A stretch of 64,000 nucleotides of DNA from Elusimicrobiales bacterium (GCA_028713125.1 JAQTOU010000003.1:467286-531285); one strand, 5' to 3'; counted from the stretch's first letter, positions 25,168 through 32,241 are shown. A program made the numbers and translations. Notes: a model not told the origin generated them from the letters alone.

Positions 25168-25296
25168 ATGGAAAATCTTAAGAATGTGATCGCGAAAGCC
25201 GGCATCGTACTACCCGAAGTGAACCTCGCTCAGGATGACAAATCGGTATGCGATGTGACCTGCGTCGGCTGCACCACTGGGCTGCTCGGGGCCTAA
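25168..25296 (+). CDS. RiPP precursor peptide B (42 aa, Cys-rich core)
   Basis: MENLKNVIAKAGIVLPEVNLAQDDKSVCDVTCVGCTTGLLGA. It has the same RBS and leader as precursor A. The core keeps C-x3-C-x2-C-TTGLLG. Confidence 0.8.
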   Translation: MENLKNVIAKAGIVLPEVNLAQDDKSVCDVTCVGCTTGLLGA

Positions 25297-25320
25297 GACA
25301 GATCAGCACTATATGGCGGG

Positions 25321-25344
25321 CACGCAGTGGCTTACCGCTGCGTG
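25321..25344 (+). promoter_or_regulatory. conserved post-precursor hairpin B
   Basis: cacgcagtgg / ccgctgcgtg at the same relative position as hairpin A, with base changes that keep the pairing. A second hairpin follows (cctgtgc...gcacagg, about 25345-25385). Confidence 0.5.
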
Positions 25345-25445
25345 CCTGTGCGGCAGTCGAATGGGCTTCGGCTGGCAGGCACAGGTGAAATCACGGTGGT
25401 TTTTGGAATTTTGCCGGGAATAGGTATTTTGATAAACTGTCTGAT

Positions 25446-26861
25446 ATGAATTATAGCGAAAATATCGGCGAGGCCTATTCTCTTCCTGACAATACATATT
25501 TGAGAAAAGAGAAACACAACGTTTGCCTTTATCTGGTCAGCCCTGAAACCAATATGATGGGCAACTACAATATCCTTTCACCATATCAGGCCATCCTGCT
25601 GGCCATGTTCGACGGGGAACAGACTTTAAGCGCCGTTTGCGCTTTGGCGGCGGAGGCCTTCGGCTCGAAAATGACGCCTGAGCAGATCTTTGAAACGCAT
25701 GTCAAGTTCTTGTTCGAGAAAGAATTTCTTGTGAAAGCGGCTGGCTGCAAAAAGAAGAACAGGTATTCTCCCGTCGATTTCATAATCCCGGCAGAACTGA
25801 CGGACCTGCGCAAAAACCGGCCGGAGCGCCCGCTGGTGGTGGTCTGGCATCTGACCGAGAAATGCTTCTGCTACTGCGATTATTGTTATGCCGAGCGTCC
25901 TTCTTTCCGGGCTGAGGAACTATTAACGGACCAGCGGATGCTGCAGTTGGCCGACGAGATAGTGGCGGCGGACGTGCGCGTAGTCACCCTGGCGGGAGGC
26001 GATCCGCTCCAGAACCCGCTGGTTTTCGACATCGTCGCCAAGCTGAAGTCGAATAATATCGCCGTCTACCTTTCCACAAAAACGCTGTTAGACGCCGCTG
26101 CGGCGGATAAACTTCGCGATGCGGGCATCGGCCTTATGCAGGTCTCGTTAGACTCGCTTAACCCGGAGACCTGCCTGAAACTGCACAAGCATCACGGGCA
26201 CGGGCTCAAAATGCTCGACTCGATCAAGCTGCTCAAGGAGCGCGGGCTCAGGGTCAACACCAATACCGTGGTTACCGGCGTTAACGTCCACGAGGTCCGC
26301 GCCCTGGTGGACAAACTGCTGGAACTGAAGGTGGACCGGATAGGCCTGGCCCAGTATTCAAAAAGCCTTTACCAGCATAAAGACTATTTGTTCCTCAGCC
26401 CGGAACAGAAAGAGTCCCTGCTCGCCCTGGTAAAGGAATATAAAGGCAAAGGCCATCCTGTCCATTGCTCCGAAGCGGGAGACTTCTCTTCTCTCTCTCT
26501 CGAAGCGAAAAAGAAAAAGTTCGCTAAAAGGACATTATGCAGCGGGCTATTCAACGGCGGGGTTATCTTCCCCAACGGGAAAATGACCATATGCGAGCAG
26601 CTGCCGGTCTCCAGCCCGTTTTTCTGGGGTGACCTCAGGAAACAGAGCCTGCTGGAGGCGTGGAGCAGCCCGGACTTCGCCCGGATAAAGCTTCCTCCCA
26701 AGGAAAATTTTAAAGGACGCCCCTGCTTTGACTGCAAGGATTTTGAAGACTGCCATACGAAATACGGGAGATGCGTGCGCAACGCCGTTCAGGCCTACGG
26801 GGATATGTGGGCCCCTGACCCGTCCTGCCCGGAATCCAAAGCGGGAAGCAGGGTGGCGTAA
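25446..26861 (+). CDS. radical SAM/SPASM peptide maturase with an N-terminal PqqD-like RRE
   Basis: 471 aa. The N-terminal SPYQAILLAMFDGEQTLSAVCALAAEAFG...FLFEKEFLV is PqqD/RRE-like. CxxxCxxC is in LTEKCFCYCDYCYAE. C-terminal SPASM-type cysteines are TLCSGLFNGGVIFPNGKMTICEQL and GRPCFDCKDFEDCHTKYGRC. Confidence 0.85.
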   Translation: MNYSENIGEAYSLPDNTYLRKEKHNVCLYLVSPETNMMGNYNILSPYQAILLAMFDGEQTLSAVCALAAEAFGSKMTPEQIFETHVKFLFEKEFLVKAAGCKKKNRYSPVDFIIPAELTDLRKNRPERPLVVVWHLTEKCFCYCDYCYAERPSFRAEELLTDQRMLQLADEIVAADVRVVTLAGGDPLQNPLVFDIVAKLKSNNIAVYLSTKTLLDAAAADKLRDAGIGLMQVSLDSLNPETCLKLHKHHGHGLKMLDSIKLLKERGLRVNTNTVVTGVNVHEVRALVDKLLELKVDRIGLAQYSKSLYQHKDYLFLSPEQKESLLALVKEYKGKGHPVHCSEAGDFSSLSLEAKKKKFAKRTLCSGLFNGGVIFPNGKMTICEQLPVSSPFFWGDLRKQSLLEAWSSPDFARIKLPPKENFKGRPCFDCKDFEDCHTKYGRCVRNAVQAYGDMWAPDPSCPESKAGSRVA

Positions 26862-27805
26862 TGATCAAAGTCGAGGGCTTGAAAAAAGCGTACGGCCAGG
26901 TAGCCGCCGTGGACGGGCTGAACTTCGGGGTAAAGAAGGGCGAATGCTATTGCCTCCTGGGCCCGAACGGGGCCGGCAAAACCACGACCCTGAAAATGCT
27001 CACCGGGCAGCTGGCGCCCGACGGCGGGCTGGTAACTATCTCCGGGCTTGACCCGCTGGCGGACGAGAAAAAGGTGCTCGAGCTGATAAACATCATCCCG
27101 CAGCACCATGCCATGGACCCGTTCCTTACGGTGGAAGAGAACCTGGTCTTCTACGGGCTGCTCCAGAAAATAAAATTAAAGAGCATTAAAGCCCGTCTCA
27201 ATCACTGCCTGGACGCTTTCGAACTGCGAAAAATTAAAGATAAAAAGGTGACCGAGCTTTCAGGCGGAGAATATCGCCGGGCGCAGATCTCCCGCGCGTT
27301 CATCAAGGAAGCGCCCCTTCTTTTCATGGACGAGCCCACGGCGAACCTGGATATTATTTTCAAGAACAAGTTCTGGGACCTGATCAAAGAGGAAAAGAAA
27401 AAAGGCGTCACGGTCCTGCTTAACACCCACGATTTCAACGAGGCGGAAGTCCTGAGCGACAGGGTCGGGTTCGTCTTCAAGGGCAAGATCGTCTGCGACG
27501 ACACGGTCGGGCGGCTGAAAGGCCTGACCGCCAAGAGCATTATCGCGATAAAGTTCGTCTCTCCGGAAGCGGCCAGCGAGTCGGCCGGGGAACTTCGCGG
27601 CATTTTCGGCGAGGAGAACGTCTCGGAGGCCTCTGCCGGCACGATGGAATTAAAGGTGCGGGAATTCGACGGGAAGTTCTTTTCCCTCCTTCAGCGGATC
27701 CCGGCCCGCGACATCGTTTCGTTCGAGGTCAAACATCCGACGCTTAACGACGTCTTCCGGGTCTTAGGAAAAATCCATGCTGGCAATACTGTGGCGAGAT
27801 CTTAA
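26861..27805 (+). CDS. ABC transporter ATP-binding protein
   Basis: 314 aa. TAATG overlap with the maturase stop. Walker A GPNGAGKTT, signature LSGGEYRRAQISRA, Walker B LLFMDEPTANLD. Confidence 0.9.
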   Translation: MIKVEGLKKAYGQVAAVDGLNFGVKKGECYCLLGPNGAGKTTTLKMLTGQLAPDGGLVTISGLDPLADEKKVLELINIIPQHHAMDPFLTVEENLVFYGLLQKIKLKSIKARLNHCLDAFELRKIKDKKVTELSGGEYRRAQISRAFIKEAPLLFMDEPTANLDIIFKNKFWDLIKEEKKKGVTVLLNTHDFNEAEVLSDRVGFVFKGKIVCDDTVGRLKGLTAKSIIAIKFVSPEAASESAGELRGIFGEENVSEASAGTMELKVREFDGKFFSLLQRIPARDIVSFEVKHPTLNDVFRVLGKIHAGNTVARS

Positions 27806-28535
27806 AACACAATACACGAAAGTGTTCTGGCTGATAGCGAACTTCTGCCCGCCGCTGTTCTATCTGTTCTTTTTCGCCCTGATCTTTTCCAGTTCGATGA
27901 AACCTATGATGCCGGGCGGACCCCAGACCAGCTACCTGACGTTCTTCCTGCCCGGGCTCATCATCATGCAGTCTTTCAGCGTCTTCCAGACGACTTTCTC
28001 GCTGGTACACCTCGACAAAAGACTGAAGATCCTGGAAACCATACGGACCACCAGGACTACCGTGGTCGAGTATTTCTTCGCCAAATCCATAGGCGCGCAG
28101 GTGCTGGCTTTCGCCAGGGCCCTGCTGGTGTATTTGATCGGCGTAGTGTTCTTTCATATAACTTTGAGCGCCTCGAGCTTTCTTGCCCTTTCGCTGACGC
28201 TGCTGCTGTCCAATGCGATCTGGTTCAATCTCGGTTTCGTGCTTGGGTTCATGATAGAAACTGAGGAAAAAAGGGATATCTTCCAGCAGCTGTTCACCCT
28301 GCCCGTGACTTTTCTTTCCACTATTTATTATTCCGCCAGTAATGTGCCCGGCGGGCTCGCCGCCTTCGTAAGGCTCAATCCCCTGACCGCGGCCAGCAAT
28401 CTTTCGAGAGGCGCGCTGCTGGACCCCGGGTTCTCAGGCCGCGCGGACGCCTATTTCCTGTCCGTTTACCTGGCGCTCAGCCTCTGCGGCGCCTGGGCTT
28501 TTTTCCGCTTCACGCGCAAAGAGTCTTTTTCATAA
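27777..28535 (+). CDS. ABC-2 type transporter permease
   Basis: 252 aa with about 6 TM helices. It overlaps the ATPase gene by 29 nt. The exact start is uncertain. Confidence 0.75.
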   Translation: MLAILWRDLKTQYTKVFWLIANFCPPLFYLFFFALIFSSSMKPMMPGGPQTSYLTFFLPGLIIMQSFSVFQTTFSLVHLDKRLKILETIRTTRTTVVEYFFAKSIGAQVLAFARALLVYLIGVVFFHITLSASSFLALSLTLLLSNAIWFNLGFVLGFMIETEEKRDIFQQLFTLPVTFLSTIYYSASNVPGGLAAFVRLNPLTAASNLSRGALLDPGFSGRADAYFLSVYLALSLCGAWAFFRFTRKESFS

Positions 28536-28616
28536 AAACCGCCGCCGGGCGAACATGCCGATGGCCTTTGCTGCCGGCCTGTTCCGGCTTCCGATGCTCT
28601 CTGGTTCTCCACGGGT

Positions 28617-28650
28617 AAAGCCGGCTTTAAAGGCCGGCTTTTTCTTTTCC
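28617..28650 (+). terminator. intrinsic terminator of the RiPP operon
   Basis: aaagccggc-tttaaag-gccggcttt followed by ttcttttc. The U-tract runs into UAS site E. Confidence 0.75.
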
Positions 28651-28678
28651 TAATGAAATAAATATTTTCATATGAAAA
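28645..28678. promoter_or_regulatory. two-dyad upstream element, site E
   Basis: TTTTCCTAATGAAAT (28645-28659) and TTTTCATATGAAAA (28665-28678). The proximal centre is 71.5 bp upstream of the GG at 28743. Confidence 0.5.
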
Positions 28679-28741
28679 TATTCCGAGCTGTTTATGTGCC
28701 GTCCCCGCTGGGAAAGGGCAAAAAACAGCCATGCCTACTAA

Positions 28742-28757
28742 TGGCATATAAATTGCT
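28742..28757 (+). promoter_or_regulatory. sigma-54-type -24/-12 promoter
   Basis: TGGCATATAAATTGCT followed by ctgtac. GG-N10-GC spacing is exact. It lies about 80 nt upstream of 28838. Confidence 0.75.
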
Positions 28758-28837
28758 CTGTACAGGGTAAGCGGGCCGTTCGGACAAAGTAGGGGTAGGG
28801 CGGCCCGCCCTAAATCTGAAGGAAGGAAGAACAAAAA

Positions 28838-29437
28838 ATGAAGAAAGAACTTAAAGCGGTGTGCGGGATGGTCCTGGCGGCAGCGGCGGTACTCTGCGCG
28901 GGCAGGGCCGGCGCGCAGACCAGCATAAACATGGAGCCGGCAGGGTATATCATGAAGCCGGCGGCCTGGGGCCAGGTTTCCCGGCCTTCCTCTTCCGACA
29001 GGCTTTCAGAGGCCGCGGAAAGCCTTGCCGAGGCGGCTAAATCAGGGGACAATGCAAAAACTGAAGCTTTGCTTGCGAATCTTTACTCAGGAGCTGCCGG
29101 GAAAGAAGCCGCTGCCCCTGTATATGCCGGGAACAGGCAAACTGCATCCGCGCCTGTAGCCGCCGCGCCGGCTCCCGCCGCTCCCGCACAGATGAAGCTG
29201 GCGCCCGACCGCGCTTCGGCAGTGGAGGAACTGGAAGAGTCGGCCGATGAGTCCGTCTCGGAGGATGAGGACGCTGATGTAAAAGCCGACGATGCTGAAG
29301 ATGAAGCTCCCGCGGAGGTTGCTGCTGATGACGTGGGGGATGCGGCTGCTGAGGAGAAGCCTAAGCAGAGCTTCTGGGACACCCTGCTCGGCGGCGGCCT
29401 TGGTATGCTTCTGGTGATCCTGCTTCTCTTGCTGTGA
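28838..29437 (+). CDS. secreted acidic Ala-rich protein with a C-terminal hydrophobic anchor
   Basis: 199 aa. Signal MKKELKAVCGMVLAAAAVLCAGRAGAQ. It has a low-complexity A/E/D-rich middle and ends ...FWDTLLGGGLGMLLVILLLLL. Confidence 0.6.
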   Translation: MKKELKAVCGMVLAAAAVLCAGRAGAQTSINMEPAGYIMKPAAWGQVSRPSSSDRLSEAAESLAEAAKSGDNAKTEALLANLYSGAAGKEAAAPVYAGNRQTASAPVAAAPAPAAPAQMKLAPDRASAVEELEESADESVSEDEDADVKADDAEDEAPAEVAADDVGDAAAEEKPKQSFWDTLLGGGLGMLLVILLLLL

Positions 29438-29443
29438 AAGAGG

Positions 29444-29626
29444 TCAGGCTTTATCTATCTGGGCGAGTATCTTGATTATTTCCGCGGCGGCGGCGTTCAT
29501 CAGGGCCAGCATCTCTTTCTTCTCGACCGCCGAGCAATCCTTGTAAAGTTCCGCGGCGCTTTTGAGGCTGGAGCACTTGGACCGCAAGTCGTGCAGAAGC
29601 TTGCTGCTGTCTGGCGTAGTGGTCAT
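29444..29626 (-). CDS. 60-aa helical protein with an Hpt-like His motif (candidate phosphotransfer protein)
   Basis: ATGA start/stop overlap with the upstream enhancer-binding protein gene (29626-29623). MTTTPDSSKLLHDLRSKCSSLKSAAELYKD... resembles the Hpt motif H-x-L-K/R-G/S-S-x-x-x-L/G. Confidence 0.45.
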   Translation of the reverse strand: MTTTPDSSKLLHDLRSKCSSLKSAAELYKDCSAVEKKEMLALMNAAAAEIIKILAQIDKA

Positions 29627-30972
29627 TTCTTTTCTCCCTCCGGTTCTATCCCCAGCTTCTTCAGGGTCGAATATAAAAGCCTTGTCGAAATTTTAAGGTC
29701 GGCCATTGTTTTGGTCTTCTTGCCCTCGTTCTCACGCAGGTTCCTCGTGATTATTTCGCCGGAAACTTTATCCAGCGCGGCCTCGAGGCCGTTCGCCATA
29801 GCGTAGGCGTAAAGCCCGCCGTCACCGGCGGAGGCGGGCTGCGCCGCTTCCCGCCCTTTAAGATGCTTCGCGACGGTGTTTATATCCACCCGGCCTTCCG
29901 AGCCGCTCGAGACCAGGTCCACGAACTTCTTGAGCTCGCGCACATTTCCGGTCCAGGAGTAAGTCTCCATATAAGCCCTCGCTTCCGGGGTGAAAGACAG
30001 TCTCCGGCGGCCGCTGGTGAAGTGCTGCACCAGGGGGGCTATGTCGCAGGCCCGGCGCGAGAGCGGCTTGAGGTTTATAGTGTAGCCGTGCACGCGCTGG
30101 AAAAGGTCGAAGCGCATTTTGCCCTGGGCGATCAGCGTCTGCGGGTCTTCAAGCGTCGCGCTTATGATGCGGAACTCGGAATGCTCCGGCTTTTCAGAGC
30201 CGAGCGGGTAGAAAGAGCGCTCCTCTATGGCCTTCAGCAGCTTCATCTGCATTCCAAGGCTCATCGTGCCTATCTCGTCGAGGAAAAGAGTTCCCTTATG
30301 CGCTTCCAGGAGACGGCCTTTGCGGGTTTCGTGGGCCCCGGTGAAAGCGCCTTTTTTATGGCCGAACATTTCGGCCTCGAGCAGGTCCTCGGTATAAGCC
30401 GAGCAGTTTATCGAGACGAAAGCGCCTTCGCGGCCTGAATGTTCGTGGAGTATCTTGGCCAGCGAGGTTTTCCCGGTGCCCGACGGCCCGAGTATAAGGA
30501 TCGGCAGCTCGGTTGGCGCGTATTTCAGGGCTTCGGAAGCGGCGGCTTTGGTTTCCGGGTCGCAGGTGATGAAGGCCGAGGAAAAAATATCTTTTGCGCC
30601 GGCGGCTTTCCTGTTCTGTATGAACTTGCGCAGGATGTCGGCCACATTCGATTCTTCGTTTCCTTTCGCGTAAAAATCATTTGCGCCAAGCGCGTAGGCC
30701 CGGTCGATAGTCTCGTCCGAGTCGGAGCTGGATACCACGACGCAAAAAACGCCTCTCGCCGCCGCGGCGGCTATCGCTTTAAGGCCGGAGTAATCGTCGT
30801 CCGGGCCGAGCATCAGGTCGAAGAAGCCGATATCGTATTTCACGCTTTCGATCTTCTTGAGCGCCGTTTTCAGGTCCCCGGCCAGGTCGATATTATGTCC
30901 CGCCAGATGCGCGGACATGACCTTCTGCGCCAGTTTATCGTCTTCCAGAACCAGTATATTGAGTTTTTCCAT
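29623..30972 (-). CDS. sigma-54-dependent response regulator (NtrC-family bacterial enhancer-binding protein)
   Basis: 449 aa. Receiver domain (ILVLEDD...FFDLML...). AAA+ domain with Walker A GPSGTGKTS, the GAFTGA loop (HKKGAFTGAHE) and LFLDEIG. C-terminal Fis-type HTH (KTKTMADLKISTRLLYSTLKKLGI). Confidence 0.9.
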   Translation of the reverse strand: MEKLNILVLEDDKLAQKVMSAHLAGHNIDLAGDLKTALKKIESVKYDIGFFDLMLGPDDDYSGLKAIAAAAARGVFCVVVSSSDSDETIDRAYALGANDFYAKGNEESNVADILRKFIQNRKAAGAKDIFSSAFITCDPETKAAASEALKYAPTELPILILGPSGTGKTSLAKILHEHSGREGAFVSINCSAYTEDLLEAEMFGHKKGAFTGAHETRKGRLLEAHKGTLFLDEIGTMSLGMQMKLLKAIEERSFYPLGSEKPEHSEFRIISATLEDPQTLIAQGKMRFDLFQRVHGYTINLKPLSRRACDIAPLVQHFTSGRRRLSFTPEARAYMETYSWTGNVRELKKFVDLVSSGSEGRVDINTVAKHLKGREAAQPASAGDGGLYAYAMANGLEAALDKVSGEIITRNLRENEGKKTKTMADLKISTRLLYSTLKKLGIEPEGEKK

Positions 30973-30976
30973 AATG

Positions 30977-31010
30977 TTCTCGCCTGAGAAGAAATGTTTT
31001 CAAATGAAAA
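30977..31010. promoter_or_regulatory. two-dyad upstream element, site F (in the divergent region between the regulator and the sigma paralog)
   Basis: TTCTCgccTGAGAA (30977-30990) and TTTTCAAATGAAAA (30997-31010), centres 20 bp apart. The element starts 5 bp upstream of the regulator start codon (30972). The proximal centre is 91.5 bp upstream of the GG at 31095. Confidence 0.55.
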
Positions 31011-31093
31011 TATATGCCCCGAACTTATTATACAGAAATTGGGCGTGAGCCGCATCTCGAATGGGAACTCCGGTGAGCGGCGCTTGCGTCCAA

Positions 31094-31109
31094 TGGCATA
31101 AAAAATGTT
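31094..31109 (+). promoter_or_regulatory. sigma-54-type -24/-12 promoter (degenerate -12: TGT)
   Basis: TGGCATAAAAAATGTT followed by ctatta. GG-N10 spacing is exact but -12 is GT, not GC. It lies about 45 nt upstream of 31154. Confidence 0.5.
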
Positions 31110-31153
31110 CTATTATAGAATAACAGGTTCTAAAGTGCGGACAGGAGATCGTT

Positions 31154-32209
31154 ATGAAACCTCACGGCTTTAAATTCACCGCTTCAACAGGAGCGAGAAC
31201 TTCGACCGCCCTCATGGGCGCGCTTAAGATGGCGCATATGGCCGGGATGAGCGAGGAAGAGTTCGAGAAATACCTCAAAGAAATGGAGGGCGGCCGGGTT
31301 TTCCAGTTGCTTAAAACCTCCGGGGTGATAAATCTGAGCGAATTCCCCGCGGCGCGCTACGCGGCGCGCCAGTACGCGGGTTACGGCCTTAAACTTTCCG
31401 GCGGCGACCTGCCCGAGCTGGCCGACGGCAATGGCGACCTGGTAGAGCTTATACAGGGCGTAGGGCAGGAGAAGTTCGAGGCCTGCTTCCTCAAAGACGC
31501 CGTGATGAGCGATATAGAGCGCGCCGAAGAATGCGATATTACCGTGAAAGACGCGGAGCGCCTGCGCGATTTCGTGAACAAGGCTTTCATCCAGGCGGAG
31601 TTCGAGGGGGCCGTGGAAGCACCGGCGGCGAAAGTCTTCAGCGCCGTGGCCGGGATAGAAGTCAAGGACGGCGAGCCGCTGCTCGCTTTCTTCCACCGCG
31701 AGATCTGGAAGGGCCGCTATAAAGTGGACTCCGACAAGCTCGCGCAGCTTCTGCCCGGACTCGAGCCGGCCGAGCGCAGCCGCGTGGAAAAAATGCTGAA
31801 AAAAATTGAATTCGCGGATAAGCGCAAGACCACGCTCTACCGCACGCTCGAGATCCTGATCAGCGTGCAGGCGGATTACCTTGCCAGCGGAGAGCCGGGC
31901 CGGCGCCGCCCGCTTTCGCAGAAAACCCTGGCCAAGAATCTCGAGGTGGACGCGAGCGTTATAAACCGGCTCGTTTCCAATAAGTCCATACAAATGCCAT
32001 GGGGCATGGAAGCGCCGATAAGCGTGCTGCTGCCGACTTCAAAAGCGGTTAACCTGGAGCGCCTTTACGCCATAGCGGGCGAGAAGCCGGAACTGAGCGA
32101 TGAAAAGCTCCGCGTCGAGCTGAAAACCCGCCACGGCGTGGACCTCTCCCGCCGCTCGGTGGCCCAATACCGCAAAGACCTGAGCCTTGCGGCCTCCGGG
32201 GACAGATAG
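31154..32209 (+). CDS. short, divergent sigma-54 (RpoN) family protein
   Basis: 351 aa with an AGGAGA RBS. The C-terminus aligns by eye to RpoN: RKTTLYRTLEILISVQADYL (cf RNDTLLRVSRCIVEQQ), the HTH LSQKTLAKNLEVDASVINRLVSNKSIQMPWG (cf ...HESTISRVTTQKYLHSPRG) and an RpoN-box-like SRRSVAQYRKDLSL (cf ARRTVAKYRESLSI). The N-terminal region I is poorly conserved. Confidence 0.7.
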   Translation: MKPHGFKFTASTGARTSTALMGALKMAHMAGMSEEEFEKYLKEMEGGRVFQLLKTSGVINLSEFPAARYAARQYAGYGLKLSGGDLPELADGNGDLVELIQGVGQEKFEACFLKDAVMSDIERAEECDITVKDAERLRDFVNKAFIQAEFEGAVEAPAAKVFSAVAGIEVKDGEPLLAFFHREIWKGRYKVDSDKLAQLLPGLEPAERSRVEKMLKKIEFADKRKTTLYRTLEILISVQADYLASGEPGRRRPLSQKTLAKNLEVDASVINRLVSNKSIQMPWGMEAPISVLLPTSKAVNLERLYAIAGEKPELSDEKLRVELKTRHGVDLSRRSVAQYRKDLSLAASGDR

Positions 32210-32241
32210 GGTTGCGATTTTAATTAAACTAAGGAGAATCT

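Larger units (their letters stand above)
25103..25345 (+). repeat. tandem promoter-precursor-hairpin unit, copy 2
   Basis: See copy 1. Confidence 0.8.

Noticed and set aside
24766-25296. Long versions of the two precursor ORFs (72 and 93 aa)
   Set aside because: The sigma-54 promoters lie inside these extensions, and a conserved AAGGGG RBS precedes the internal ATGs (24853, 25168). The short forms are therefore the plausible products.
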